Notes: a model not told the origin generated them from the sequence alone. A stretch of 64,000 nt of DNA from Actinomycetaceae bacterium (GCA_030532515.1 JAUNKY010000003.1:28147-92146); one strand, 5' to 3'. Counted from the first letter of the stretch, positions 8,634 through 19,660 are shown. Numbers and translations are program-made.

Positions 8634-10319
8634 ATGGTTGATTACCAATTGGTTGAAGAATGGATTAACGACGATCCAGATACCACCACTCAGGAAGAAT
8701 TGCGTTCTTTGGTTGCTGCGGCGAAGGCTGGAGATGCAGCTGCTGAAGCTGATTTAGCGGATCGTTTTAACGGCACGCTGACGTTTGGTACTGCAGGTTT
8801 GCGCGGTGAGCTGGGCGCGGGCCCTAACCGCATGAACCGTGCGGTAGTGATTCGCGCTGCCGCTGGCTTAGTTTCTTACCTGCGTAAGACTGTGGGTGAC
8901 GATTTCCACTTGGTAGTAGGTCACGATGCGCGCTACGGTTCTAAGCAGTTCGCTCAGGATACGGCTGCGATTGCTGTGGCTGCTGGTGGTCGAGCTTCTT
9001 TGTTTAACCGCGAACTGCCTACTCCAGTAACTGCTTTTGCCCTGCGTCACCTGAACGCCGATGCTGCGGTAGTGGTAACTGCTTCTCACAACCCGCCACG
9101 CGATAACGGTTACAAGGTTTACCTGGGTGGCCGCGCTGTTTCTGATTCCGGTCAGGGCGCTCAGATTGTTCCTCCAGCGGATAAAGAGATTTTCGCTGAG
9201 ATCAAGGCGGTACCTTCTGTTGCTTCAGTTGCTCGTGCTGAATCCGGTTGGGAGATTCTGGGCGACGAACTGGTTAATGCCTACTTAGAGCGGGTCACTT
9301 CCCTTGTTTCTCTGGAAGCTAAGGACCTGCGCATTGTGCTTACTTCCATGCATGGGGTGGGCGGTGAAACCTGTCTGCGCGCGTTGAACTTGGCTGGTTT
9401 CAACGATGTTCACGTTGTTGCTGAGCAGCATGATCCTGATCCTGATTTCCCTACGGTTACTTTCCCTAACCCGGAAGAACCCGGGGCGTTGGATCTTTCC
9501 TACAAGTTGGCTTCTGAAGTTGATGCTGACATTATTTTGGCAAATGACCCTGATGCTGACCGTTGTTCGGCGGCGATTCGCGATGCTTCTTCGGCAACTG
9601 GTTGGCGCCAGCTGACCGGTGACGAAGTGGGTTCGTTGCTGGGCGAGCAGACTGCGGCGATGCATACTGGCGATAAGTCTGCCGTTTTGGCTAACTCGAT
9701 TGTCTCTTCGCAACTTCTTGAGCAAATTGCTGCGCACCACGGTGTCTCTTACCGCGCGACTTTGACTGGTTTCAAGTGGATTTCCCGTGTGGAGGGTCTG
9801 GTTTTCGGTTACGAAGAGGCTTTGGGTTACTGCGTTGATCCACAGTTCGTGCGCGATAAGGATGGTATTTCTGCCTGTTTGCGTTTGGCTACGATGGCTG
9901 CGCAGCGTAAGGCTGCTGGTTCTTCCTTACAAGATGCGTTGGATGATTTGGCTCGCCGTCACGGACTGTACGCTACTGCGCCACTGTCGATTCGCGTTGC
10001 TGACCTTTCCTTGATTAAGCAGGGTATGGCAAATCTGCGTGCAGGTTCGGTTACTTCTTTGGCTGGTGAACCAGTTTCTTCCGTAGTGGACTTGGCAGAG
10101 GGTTCTGAGCAGTTGCCACCTACTGATGGTTTGGTTTTCCGCACGGCAGCTGGTGACCGAGTAATTGCTCGCCCATCGGGTACCGAACCGAAGTTGAAGT
10201 GCTACCTTGAGACCGTTATTCCAGTTCCCGAGGGCGCCGATATGCGTGAAATTCGCGCGGCTGCGGCAGCTCGTTTGGACTTGATTAAGGCTGATATGGC
10301 TGCGGCTTTGGGAATCTGA
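8634..10319 (+). CDS. alpha-D-phosphohexomutase family phospho-sugar mutase (PmmB-like; probable phosphopentomutase/phosphoglucomutase)
   Basis: Active-site Ser loop TASHNPPRDNGYKVY and a metal-binding DPDADR block. punA-adjacent like Mtb deoD-pmmB. Start chosen at the ATG preceded by GGAAGGA; the ORF track extends to a TTG at 8619. Confidence 0.8.
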   Translation: MVDYQLVEEWINDDPDTTTQEELRSLVAAAKAGDAAAEADLADRFNGTLTFGTAGLRGELGAGPNRMNRAVVIRAAAGLVSYLRKTVGDDFHLVVGHDARYGSKQFAQDTAAIAVAAGGRASLFNRELPTPVTAFALRHLNADAAVVVTASHNPPRDNGYKVYLGGRAVSDSGQGAQIVPPADKEIFAEIKAVPSVASVARAESGWEILGDELVNAYLERVTSLVSLEAKDLRIVLTSMHGVGGETCLRALNLAGFNDVHVVAEQHDPDPDFPTVTFPNPEEPGALDLSYKLASEVDADIILANDPDADRCSAAIRDASSATGWRQLTGDEVGSLLGEQTAAMHTGDKSAVLANSIVSSQLLEQIAAHHGVSYRATLTGFKWISRVEGLVFGYEEALGYCVDPQFVRDKDGISACLRLATMAAQRKAAGSSLQDALDDLARRHGLYATAPLSIRVADLSLIKQGMANLRAGSVTSLAGEPVSSVVDLAEGSEQLPPTDGLVFRTAAGDRVIARPSGTEPKLKCYLETVIPVPEGADMREIRAAAAARLDLIKADMAAALGI

Positions 10320-10352
10320 GCTAACTGTTGCTGAGCTTTTCCGAGTTTAGTT

Positions 10353-10414
10353 AAATAACTGCTCCTGGAAATATCCGGCGTTTGCTGGTATTTTCCAGGA
10401 GCAGTTATTTTATT
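10353..10414 (+). terminator. long-stem terminator after the phospho-sugar mutase gene
   Basis: 19-bp perfect inverted repeat AAATAACTGCTCCTGGAAA/TTTCCAGGAGCAGTTATTT, then TATT. Confidence 0.55.
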
Positions 10415-10643
10415 GGCTGTGCTTGTGAACGTCGATGCTTCTGGCTATTGCGTTTTCGTGGTTGCTTCTGCTGCCAGAATCAACGTACGTGTGTTTCTGC
10501 CCGGTCATACAGGTAATTCAAGTGTATTCAGGGTGTTTAGTGCGAAATACGTATAGTTTAGGGCGTTCATATCCGTAATCGGTTTTAAATGCGTGGAAGC
10601 TGGTTGCCTGCGGAAGTTCCGCACAGGCCAGCAAGGTCTTTGA

Positions 10644-10800
10644 AACTCGTATCAGAATCGATTTTTGATACGAGTTATCCTCATTTTTCACCGGTTTCAG
10701 GTGCTAACTCGTATCAGTTTTGGATTTTGATACGAGTTATCCTTATTTCGCACCGGATTTAGGTGATAACTCGTATCAGAATCGGTTTTTGATACGAGTT
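10644..10800. repeat. Family A tandem palindromic repeat array, locus 2 (3 units, 62-bp period)
   Basis: AACTCGTATCAGAATCGATTTTTGATACGAGTT + ATCCTCATTTTTCACCGGTTTCAGGTGCT, repeated with variable palindrome centres. Confidence 0.85.
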
Positions 10801-10930
10801 TAAGATTTTACGTAAAGAAGCTGCGCGGCAGCGAACCGGTGTAACCAAAAATCTACAAGACCAGTAAGCCCGTAGGAGAAAAGAAATCGCGCGGGAAAGT
10901 GCTTTCCCGCGCGATTTCAGCTATTTACCT

Positions 10931-13900
10931 TTACTGTAACTTACTACGTTTGCGACGCACTAAGACTACCCCCAGGGCGAAGAAACCAGCTGCAAAACCA
11001 CCTAAAAGCCCGGCAGATACACCGGTCTTAGGAAGTTTCGGAGTCTTCGGAATCTGGTGGTTAACCACCTTGCCAAGGTCTACAACCTGAGCTTCTTCAC
11101 TAATCTGCGCAGACAGAACCTGATTAGACATGGTAAATCCAGCCGGAGAAGCTACTTCCTTCACCTGATAGCTGCCAAAAGCAACTTCCTTGAACCAAAC
11201 TTCACCCTTAGCATCAGAAGTTGCTTCACGAAGCACTTCCCCAGCTTCATTAAGCAGCGCGAACTTAGCACCTGCCAATGGTTTTCCAGAGTCAGTCAGC
11301 TTCAGCAGTTTGATGTCTCCGTGGATCAATCGATTCTGGAATGGTTTTGCCACCTTAATGACTTCCCCATCCTTTTCTACAGACACCAGGCGACCAAAGG
11401 TTTCCGTGCTGGGGTTGTAGCCGGTGATTGGCTTCAACTCGACTACAATCCACTTACCGTATTCAATGCCAGTGAACTGGGCAACCCCGTTTTCATCAGT
11501 TTCTACCTGGAAAGCAGGGACATCAGGTAAATCAAATCCCGCTGGGTAACTGGTCAGTTCAACTGCCTCACCTGGTACCGCTTGGGTGAAGGAATCTGTT
11601 GCTGGGAAGAGCCCGAAGACAACTCCCGCCAGTGGCTGCTGCGTCTGCGCATCCACCTTCGTTACCTGAATGTCACTGGTAATCTTCCGGTTTTCGATCT
11701 TCCCCAAAGCCACCGTTTGCTTATCAGCTTGCACACTTACCGGGTAGGTCTTTCCATGAGCGACATATCCAGTAAGCGGGGTCTTTTCACGTACCGTGTA
11801 GTCTCCGTAACGTACATTGCGGAAAGTAAGATTACCCGCGTCATCAGTTGCCTGCGTTGCAACCACCTTGTCAGCGTCATCAACTAGCTCAAACTCGACT
11901 CCGGCTAAAGGCTTTTGCGTCTTGTCTTCTACCTTCGTCAAAGTTACTGAGCCGCGGATCGCCCGGTTGTTCACAGTCCCTGCGTTAACCTCCACACCGT
12001 CCTCGTGAATTGAAACGGGAATCGGGGTAGCTTCCAGGACAAACCCAGTCGGAGCTTGCGTTTCTACCAACTGGTATTCCCCGTAAACTACCTTGTCGAA
12101 GACCAACTCGCCGGCTGCGTTAGTTACGCCCGTGCGCACCGTCTGGTCGCCTTGCAGCAAAGCGAAATGTGCTCCGGCCAAGCCCTGGCGGTCATCCAAC
12201 GAGAACTTAGTGACCTTCACACTGCCCTTCTTCAGCAAGTTAGTAACTGCTCCCAGATCTACAGTTTGCTTGTCAGCGCTAATATTAACCGCGCCCTTCC
12301 AAGTAGTGTTCAAAGTGTAGTTCTCAGGAGCCCCCACTTCTTCGGCTACGTACTGTCCGTAGACCACATTCGTGAAGGTTACATTCCCAGCCGCATCCGA
12401 AGTTGCCCGGTACTTAACTTCCGTCCCCTGCTTGAGGACGAACTGCGCGCCGGCTACTGGCTTCGTAGGATCGTCAGCATCCACCTTGCGCAGAGTCACC
12501 GTCCCCTTCTTCAAGGTGTTTTGTACGGTTCCAAGGTTAACTTCCTGGCCTTCAGTGCGGATAGTTACCTGCTGGGTTAGCGTTGTCGGAACGTAGTTGA
12601 TCAGCGGCGTGATTTCGCGTAGCTGGTACTGGCCGTACTCTACGTCAGTAAACGTTGCTACGCCGTCAACACCGGTGGTAGCGGTATAGGTTGCTGCTGG
12701 CAAGTAGGTGCCATCAGCGTCCTGTTTGAAGAGGCCAAACTCTACTCCTGCCAAAAGCATTAGTGGAGTATCAGCATCTACCTTAGTGACCTTTACGGTG
12801 CCGGTAATTACCTTGTTGACGAATGGTTCGCCGGCAGTAACTACCTGCTTGTCGATGGCTACCGTAACTTCACGACCAGCTGTTTCTGCAGACGGGTTAA
12901 AGCCTTCCTTCGGAGTAGTTTCCTTCAGGACATAAGTGCCATAAAGGACGTTAGTAAAGGTTGCTTTCCCGTCAGTTCCCGTTGTGGCAGTGTAGGCCGC
13001 TTGGTTAGCTACCGTGCCGTCGGCTGCCTTTGCAAAGAGGCTAAAGGTTACTCCTGCCAATGCAGTTCCCTTAGTATCTTGCTTTTCAACTTCCACGTTG
13101 CCACGAATCCGGGTATTCACAAAAGCGTTGCCAGTTAGGTCATTGGCTTCACCGGCTTGATCAATCACGATCTCGCGCTTATCTGCCGTATTCAGGTTAT
13201 GACCCGCAACGGTAGCTTTTTCGCGTAACTCATAGGTGCCAAACGGTACCTTCACAAACGAGGCAATGCCGTTTTCATTAGTAGTCGCTTCAAAAGCTGG
13301 GTCGGCTGCTACCGTGCCATTGACCTTGGCGTACAGTCCGAAGACTACGCCTTCCAATGGCTTCGCAGGCGTGCTGTCATCCACCTTCTTTACGGTGATA
13401 GAGCCGTTAATGAACTGGTTTTGTACTTCGCCCAGTTCAATCGTGGCGCCATTTTCCGTAACGTTTACTTCCCGGTCGGTGGTATCAAGCACGTATCCAG
13501 GAAGCGTAGCAGTTTCCCGCACCACGTAGGTTCCGAAGCGAACATTGTTGAAAGTAGCAACGCCGTTGGCGTCGGTTTGCGTAGTGGCAGTTGGCGCGCT
13601 GGCTACCGAGTCTTGGCTCTTCGCAAATAGTGCAAAAGTAACGCCACGCAGTTTCTTAGTGGGCTGATCCTTATCGACTTTCACCAAAGTCACCGTGGAC
13701 TTCTTAATAGTGTTCGTCAACGGCTCAGTCACAAAATCAACTACCTGACCATCCGTATCAATATTCACATCCAGTTCCCTACCCAACGGCAAGTAACCGG
13801 TAGCCGGAGCCTTCTCAACCAACTTATAAGCCCCAAAAGGCACCCCTGAGAAAGTAGCCAGACCCGCCGGATCAGTAGTCTGCGTAGCAAAAACAGCATC

Positions 13901-16900
13901 CTGCTTTACTCCGCCCACCACTCGGTGCAGCTCAAAAACCACTCCACCTACCGGAGCCTGCGTATCCGCATCCACCTTCTTCAACTGCACACTACCCTTT
14001 TTGAGAGTGTTGGTGACGGTGGTGAGGACAACTTCTTGGTCTTGCTCAGAGATTACCGCCTGCTGCGTTTGGGCAGTTGGCAGGTAGTTAAGTAGCGGCG
14101 TGATTTCACGCAGTTGGTATTCGCCGTAGGCTACGCCGGTGAAAGTTGCGACACCGTCTACCTGGGTGAGGGCGGTGTAGTTAGGCGTGGTCGGATAAGA
14201 ACCGTCTGCGCCCTTTTTGTAAAGGCCAAATTCTACGCCCGCCAAAAGGACGGTAGGTGTATCCGCGTCTACCTTAGTGACCTTCACCGTGCCAGTGATA
14301 ACGCTGTTTACGAATGGAGCACCCGCAGATACTACTTCTCCTTCATTTAACACTGCGATTTCTCGTCCGCCTACTTCAGCCGAGGGGTTGTACCCTTCCT
14401 TTGGAGTGGTTTCCATCAAGAAGTAGGAGCCGTACAGTACCCGCTTGAAAGTTGCCCTACCATCTGGTCCGGTTACGGCAGTGTAGGCAGCTGGTTCTAC
14501 GGCGAAGCCATCCATATTGCTAAAGAGGCTGAAGGTTACGCCCGGAAGTGGGTTTCCGCTCTCGTCCTGCTTCATAACAACTACGTCACCGCGAATCCGC
14601 TGATTTACAAACGGAGTATCAGTTAGGTCGTTAACCTCGCCGGCTTGATCAATCACGATCTCGCGCTTATCTGCCGTATTTAGGATATGACCTGCGATAG
14701 TTTCTTTTTCGCGTAATTCGTAGGTGCCAAACGGTACCTTCTCGAAAGTGGCAATGCCATCTGGTTCCGTGGTGGCTACCAAAGTTGGGTTAGGAGCCAC
14801 TCCGGCAGCAGTCTTTTCGTAAAGTGCAAATACTACCCCATCCAGCGGTGTGCCAGGATTGTCATCGTCTGTCTTCTTAACGATTACAGAACCGTTAATG
14901 AACTGGTTGGGAATGTTCCCGACGGTAACAGTCTGCTTATCTTCAGTTACCTGTACCTCCCGGTCGGTGGTATCAAGCACGTATCCGGGAAGCGTGGCAG
15001 TTTCCCGCACCACGTAGGTTCCGAAGCGAACATTGTTAAAAGTAGCAACGCCGTCACCGTTAGTTACGGCTGTATCTACTGGGTCGGCAGCTACACCCTG
15101 TGCTGTCTTTGAGTAGAGCTTGAAGGTTACGCCAGTTAGTTTCTTAGTGGGCTGCTCCTTATCGACCTTCACCAAAGTCACCGTGGACTTCTTAATAGTG
15201 TTCGTCAACGGCTCAGTCACAAAATCAACTACCTGACCATCCGTATCAATATTCACATCCAGTTCCCTACCCAACGGCAAGTAACCGGTAGCCGGAGCCT
15301 TCTCAACCAACTTATAAGCCCCAAAAGGCACCCCTGAGAAAGTAGCCAGACCCGCCGGATCAGTAGTCTGCGTAGCAAAAACAGCATCCTGCTTTACTCC
15401 GCCCACCACTCGGTGCAGCTCAAAAACCACTCCACCTACCGGAGCCTGCGTATCCGCATCCACCTTCTTCAACTGCACACTACCTTTGAAGATAGTGTTT
15501 TCATAATCTTCCAGGACGTATTCGTGTCCGTGGTCGCGAACTTCCACGTCTACCGTCTGAGTTGATTTTTGGTAGTGTGCCGGAGCGGTCTTTTCACTGA
15601 GGGTGTAGTCGCCGTAAATAACGTTGTTAAAGGTGGCGATTCCATCAGGTCCAGTGGGGTTGGATTCGTATTTGATAGTTGGATTAGTTTTACTTACCAG
15701 AGCAAATACTGCTCCGGAAAGGGTCGTATTAGGGTTGTCTGCATCGACCTTCTTTACCTTTACGGTTGCTTTCACAACCGTATTTTGGATTTCGATGGCT
15801 GGCTGCGCCTGCCCAGCAGTATCAACTGCTAGGGGCGCGCTGCTGACAATGATTTCTTTCGGAGCTGTTAGACCTTGGACGCCAGCGGGAACGTTTGTTT
15901 CGGTTAGCGTGTACTTACCAAACGGCACGTCCCTAAAAGTTGCATAGCCGGTTGCCGTGGCGTCCGTAGTTTTATCCGTATCTGCTTTTTCTCCGGTAAC
16001 TGCGGTGCGTGGTGCTGGCAGTGGGTCCGGAGCATCGATTCCTGGCAGAGGTTCCACCCAGGTAAGGGTGAAGTTAATGCCATTGAGCAAGTTTCCGTCT
16101 TGGTCAACCTTCTTGATGATTACATCGCGTTTGGTTGCTTTAACACCTGCGTTAATGGTGGCTTCTGGCGTAGCTGGGGTTAGTGCGAATGCTTTCGAGT
16201 AACCGATTTGGTTAGTCTTCGCCCCTGCTTCGGCGCAGTTCGTGGCTTCAGCTGTTGCAAGTGGTGTAGCCTCACCTTGAATGTCACCGCGACACTTTTC
16301 AACGTGGTTAGCCAAAGCCACGTCCTGTGACGGCACTACCGTGTAGGTTTCCGAGGCTTCCTTAACGAACTGGATGCGGTAGTTTCCGCGAGTGTAAACC
16401 GGAAGCTCGTAGTTACCGAAATTGTCAGTTACTGTGCTTACTTCAGTGCCATCTGGGTGGGTAGCAACTTTCCCGGTAGTGGCATCTACCAGAATAACTT
16501 TGCGTCCTGCTACGCCTCCTTCAGAAGTACTCCCAGATCCGTTATGATCCAGGTCGCGGAAGTAATTTCCTTTGACACGGTAGTTGATGATTTCCGAAAT
16601 TACTTCATTTGCTTCCAGGTAGGTAAGGGCATCTATAGAGCTGGCAGCAGAATGTACCGCCTTGTATGCAGCCGGTAGTTCCTTAGTTTTTTCGTTGAAA
16701 GGAATCTGATGCTTGGTGACAATCTGAATTGCTTCGCCGGCTGCTAGTGCTGAGTTGTCTTTGAAAACCAGCTTGAAGTTCCGGATTTCATTCCAGTTGG
16801 TGACTTCATCTGCACGTAGCCAGACGCCGTCGCGGACATCCTGCAGGCGATCTCCTTGCGGGACCTTGGAATAGAAGATATCCACGCGATTGGTCGCGTC

Positions 16901-19660
16901 GCTCTCTACCCTATTCTTGATAGCGGTTACCGATACTACTGGGCCGCTGAGCAAAGTCTCATAGCTAGAGTGGAAGCGGTTCTCGGTCTCTCCGGCTGGA
17001 TTTAGGTAAGTCCAGGGGCGAGGCAAGTATTGTCCATCTTTATTTGCCACAATGCGGTGGTCATTTGCCTGAGGGAAGGTGCCCAGCAAAGTAATCCCCT
17101 GCAAATCCGTATAACTAGCGTTACGTGCTTCAGTTCGGTAGTAAAGCGTACTTCCCAAGTCTTGGGCTGGAGCAGTAATGAACCAGTTATTTGCATCCAA
17201 AGAGATATTGTTCCTTACCACCAGTTCTTGGGGAGGAATGATCTCTGTGACAACTCTGCGATGGGGAATTTTCTCAGTGGTATCACCATTGCGGTTGATA
17301 TCGAAAGTATCTGCTTCAACCGTATACTGGTATGGTTTTACCTTATCCATGTTGTCCCACACAGCATAGAAGGAAATCGGGTTTTGCCCGGGGTCTACGC
17401 TAAGGGTGGTGTCTAAGTTAATCCCGGTAGTAATTCGCAGGTTGCCGTTTTGGTCCCTGCTTACGTCGCCGTATTCATAAATCACCGCAGTTTTACCTGA
17501 GTTGTTGAAGTTCGGCACTACCTTTGGAGCAAAGTCCGGATTTAACCCTTGGCTGTATTTTGTAGTTACTCTGTTGGTGCTTACGTAGTTCACACCAGGG
17601 GGCAGAATGAAGACGTGCTTAAAGTTCTGCAATGGTCCGCGATAAGGTCCCCAAACTGAGTATGGGACGGTTTCAGCGGTGTAAGTCTTGACTCGTCTAC
17701 AGTTATTTGGTGTCAGTGCAGTTGGATCAAGCTTTTGGTCAATAAGTTCCTGTTCACAGTTTTGGTACAACATGCGAGTATTCTGTTCCAAGGTAGCCCC
17801 GATGACTGGGGTGATCCCTTGAATTACCACGCTGTTATTGCGCTTATTCTGCTCTTCTAAAGTCAGCGGTTTAGAGACATCTGCATCTGGACCAAGGTAC
17901 TTCAGCTCAGTTTGGTTGTCGTATGTTTGGCGGTTTACAGCTGAGTACTCTCCGTTTGCCCACTTCTCAATTTCTGCTGGCAAAGGAGCCACATCGACGT
18001 GCAGACGGAACCACATATTGTCCATCAATAATGGGTTATCAAACCGGAAAATCAGTTTTTCATATTTACGAGTCTTATCGTTAATGAAGACCCCGTGGGA
18101 ATTTTCCGAGCCTTCTTGCATTGGAGCATTTGTAAGCTTCACTTCAGAGCCGTTGGCAGTAACGCCGTAGACGTGCAGTTTCGCTTCTGCAAAGCGTTTC
18201 GAAACGTCTGCTGGAGTTAAAGCAGTGCTGTTAGAAGGTCTGATATCAGTGATAAATACGCGCCGGAAGTAGAGGCGCGGATCAAGATCTTTATCAACTA
18301 CTTCGGTAATCGTATTTGTAATCCCGCCGCTCTTAGGACCGGTTGCTTGGGAACCATTGTTCTGTTGGGAAACTTCAATTCGGTACCCAAATACGAATCC
18401 TTGGCGGGAATCATCGCTTAAATCATTTTCATAGTGATCACGGTAGATTTTGCCATCTTCTAAGACATAACCGCGATCGGTAGCGGGTACTTTGCTGATG
18501 GTCAGCTGCGACGTTTTCTTAAAGACAATCGTTCCGAACGAAGACTTAGAGAAGTCAGTTCCCGCATTGTAGTTCAAAGTATCGGGGTCGATTGTTGCGA
18601 CCCCGGTTGCGGTGTAAACCTTTGGTTTTCCGCCCTCGTTAAGTGGTAATCCCACGAAATCAACCGAAAGGTTAACGGTACGGCTATCTGATCCACAGGG
18701 CCATACTCCCGCTCCTAGTTGAGAGGTTTTGCGAGTGATCTCAACCTGGGTGTCATTCGTATTTGGAACGTACTTCCAACCAAGGCGCGTCGCTTTTTCA
18801 CCTAGGCGTGCCCCTTCAGGAAGGGTAACTACCAGGCGAACGGTATCACCGAAGTATTCACCTCTTTGTGACGGTACCCCATTAGGACGTCGGTAGTTGA
18901 TACCCACGCAATAGTCTTGCGTGACGTAGCCTGGGTCAGGCAGAAGGTCAGTAGTCGTATTGGCGTTCGCAGCATCTAAAACTGTGTAGTCACAGTGGCG
19001 GGTATAGGTTCCGTTACTTTCCTTTGCGCCAATGATTTTACACAGAGTATTGCCTGCGGGATTGTGTCCGGCACGCAAGATGGTGTCATATTCCATCTGG
19101 GCTTTGGCAACTAAAGTGCGGGCCTCTGAGGCGCGCGGTTGTTTCGCCGCGTCGTAGAGTGTCCATTCGATAGGGATTTGTGTATTTGGTGGGGTAATCC
19201 CGTTAATGAAGGAAAGAATCGTGGTCACCTGTGAGAACACGCCACCACGCAGGGGGTCAAAATGGTAATCCATGTACCAGAAGTTGCTGTCTTCGCGCAT
19301 GACCGAGGCTTGGGCAGCTTTTGAACTGGTGAACTCTGGGCGCTTTAGGTAAGGTGACTTAGCGATTTTAATCGTAAAGGTCGCTCCGGGAATGTTCAGG
19401 TTTGCGCCCGAGGATTGAAACCCTGAGATGAAGGCAAATTCGTCTCCAGTGACGACGCTCCAGTCTGGTGTCTTGCCGTTCTTAAGGGCATCTACAGTAG
19501 TGAGTAAGAGGTCGATGCGCTCTGTTGCACCATCTTGGGTATTTGTTGCGTGGGCTGAACTTCCGCTGTCTGTAAGCGATGGGAATGTAACCAGCCCCAA
19601 AATAAGTGCGAGTACAAAGAACAGTACTCGCATTTGCTTTTTGAAACTAAATGTATACAT
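10931..19660 (-). CDS. Giant LPXTG-anchored surface adhesin (2909 aa): signal peptide, ~1000-aa non-repetitive N-terminal region, then ~17 tandem Cna-B/SpaA-type (isopeptide, prealbumin-like) domains
   Basis: N-terminal signal peptide MRVLFFVLALILGLVTFPSL. Repeating ~95-aa modules (G[ST]V.V.KVD.....PLAGV.F.L......ATTD..G.A.F..V.YG.Y.L.E..AP.GY). C-terminal LPKTG + hydrophobic stretch + RRKRSK sorting signal. Confidence 0.9.
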   Translation of the reverse strand: MYTFSFKKQMRVLFFVLALILGLVTFPSLTDSGSSAHATNTQDGATERIDLLLTTVDALKNGKTPDWSVVTGDEFAFISGFQSSGANLNIPGATFTIKIAKSPYLKRPEFTSSKAAQASVMREDSNFWYMDYHFDPLRGGVFSQVTTILSFINGITPPNTQIPIEWTLYDAAKQPRASEARTLVAKAQMEYDTILRAGHNPAGNTLCKIIGAKESNGTYTRHCDYTVLDAANANTTTDLLPDPGYVTQDYCVGINYRRPNGVPSQRGEYFGDTVRLVVTLPEGARLGEKATRLGWKYVPNTNDTQVEITRKTSQLGAGVWPCGSDSRTVNLSVDFVGLPLNEGGKPKVYTATGVATIDPDTLNYNAGTDFSKSSFGTIVFKKTSQLTISKVPATDRGYVLEDGKIYRDHYENDLSDDSRQGFVFGYRIEVSQQNNGSQATGPKSGGITNTITEVVDKDLDPRLYFRRVFITDIRPSNSTALTPADVSKRFAEAKLHVYGVTANGSEVKLTNAPMQEGSENSHGVFINDKTRKYEKLIFRFDNPLLMDNMWFRLHVDVAPLPAEIEKWANGEYSAVNRQTYDNQTELKYLGPDADVSKPLTLEEQNKRNNSVVIQGITPVIGATLEQNTRMLYQNCEQELIDQKLDPTALTPNNCRRVKTYTAETVPYSVWGPYRGPLQNFKHVFILPPGVNYVSTNRVTTKYSQGLNPDFAPKVVPNFNNSGKTAVIYEYGDVSRDQNGNLRITTGINLDTTLSVDPGQNPISFYAVWDNMDKVKPYQYTVEADTFDINRNGDTTEKIPHRRVVTEIIPPQELVVRNNISLDANNWFITAPAQDLGSTLYYRTEARNASYTDLQGITLLGTFPQANDHRIVANKDGQYLPRPWTYLNPAGETENRFHSSYETLLSGPVVSVTAIKNRVESDATNRVDIFYSKVPQGDRLQDVRDGVWLRADEVTNWNEIRNFKLVFKDNSALAAGEAIQIVTKHQIPFNEKTKELPAAYKAVHSAASSIDALTYLEANEVISEIINYRVKGNYFRDLDHNGSGSTSEGGVAGRKVILVDATTGKVATHPDGTEVSTVTDNFGNYELPVYTRGNYRIQFVKEASETYTVVPSQDVALANHVEKCRGDIQGEATPLATAEATNCAEAGAKTNQIGYSKAFALTPATPEATINAGVKATKRDVIIKKVDQDGNLLNGINFTLTWVEPLPGIDAPDPLPAPRTAVTGEKADTDKTTDATATGYATFRDVPFGKYTLTETNVPAGVQGLTAPKEIIVSSAPLAVDTAGQAQPAIEIQNTVVKATVKVKKVDADNPNTTLSGAVFALVSKTNPTIKYESNPTGPDGIATFNNVIYGDYTLSEKTAPAHYQKSTQTVDVEVRDHGHEYVLEDYENTIFKGSVQLKKVDADTQAPVGGVVFELHRVVGGVKQDAVFATQTTDPAGLATFSGVPFGAYKLVEKAPATGYLPLGRELDVNIDTDGQVVDFVTEPLTNTIKKSTVTLVKVDKEQPTKKLTGVTFKLYSKTAQGVAADPVDTAVTNGDGVATFNNVRFGTYVVRETATLPGYVLDTTDREVQVTEDKQTVTVGNIPNQFINGSVIVKKTDDDNPGTPLDGVVFALYEKTAAGVAPNPTLVATTEPDGIATFEKVPFGTYELREKETIAGHILNTADKREIVIDQAGEVNDLTDTPFVNQRIRGDVVVMKQDESGNPLPGVTFSLFSNMDGFAVEPAAYTAVTGPDGRATFKRVLYGSYFLMETTPKEGYNPSAEVGGREIAVLNEGEVVSAGAPFVNSVITGTVKVTKVDADTPTVLLAGVEFGLYKKGADGSYPTTPNYTALTQVDGVATFTGVAYGEYQLREITPLLNYLPTAQTQQAVISEQDQEVVLTTVTNTLKKGSVQLKKVDADTQAPVGGVVFELHRVVGGVKQDAVFATQTTDPAGLATFSGVPFGAYKLVEKAPATGYLPLGRELDVNIDTDGQVVDFVTEPLTNTIKKSTVTLVKVDKDQPTKKLRGVTFALFAKSQDSVASAPTATTQTDANGVATFNNVRFGTYVVRETATLPGYVLDTTDREVNVTENGATIELGEVQNQFINGSITVKKVDDSTPAKPLEGVVFGLYAKVNGTVAADPAFEATTNENGIASFVKVPFGTYELREKATVAGHNLNTADKREIVIDQAGEANDLTGNAFVNTRIRGNVEVEKQDTKGTALAGVTFSLFAKAADGTVANQAAYTATTGTDGKATFTNVLYGTYVLKETTPKEGFNPSAETAGREVTVAIDKQVVTAGEPFVNKVITGTVKVTKVDADTPLMLLAGVEFGLFKQDADGTYLPAATYTATTGVDGVATFTDVEYGQYQLREITPLINYVPTTLTQQVTIRTEGQEVNLGTVQNTLKKGTVTLRKVDADDPTKPVAGAQFVLKQGTEVKYRATSDAAGNVTFTNVVYGQYVAEEVGAPENYTLNTTWKGAVNISADKQTVDLGAVTNLLKKGSVKVTKFSLDDRQGLAGAHFALLQGDQTVRTGVTNAAGELVFDKVVYGEYQLVETQAPTGFVLEATPIPVSIHEDGVEVNAGTVNNRAIRGSVTLTKVEDKTQKPLAGVEFELVDDADKVVATQATDDAGNLTFRNVRYGDYTVREKTPLTGYVAHGKTYPVSVQADKQTVALGKIENRKITSDIQVTKVDAQTQQPLAGVVFGLFPATDSFTQAVPGEAVELTSYPAGFDLPDVPAFQVETDENGVAQFTGIEYGKWIVVELKPITGYNPSTETFGRLVSVEKDGEVIKVAKPFQNRLIHGDIKLLKLTDSGKPLAGAKFALLNEAGEVLREATSDAKGEVWFKEVAFGSYQVKEVASPAGFTMSNQVLSAQISEEAQVVDLGKVVNHQIPKTPKLPKTGVSAGLLGGFAAGFFALGVVLVRRKRSKLQ
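12500..15480. repeat. Intragenic ~1.49-kb tandem duplication (5 Cna-B modules x2) inside the adhesin gene, including two 100% identical ~340-bp segments
   Basis: 13640-13990 and 15130-15480 are identical at nucleotide level (both encode KGSVQLKKVDADTQAPVGG...KKSTVTLVKVDK). Flanking modules are diverged copies in the same order. Confidence 0.85.

Noticed and set aside
11057-18170. Numerous 60-175-aa plus-strand ORFs inside the adhesin gene
   Set aside because: All are antisense frames of a repetitive Thr/Val-rich gene and lack starts with RBS. The minus-strand 2909-aa reading frame is continuous with signal peptide and LPXTG.
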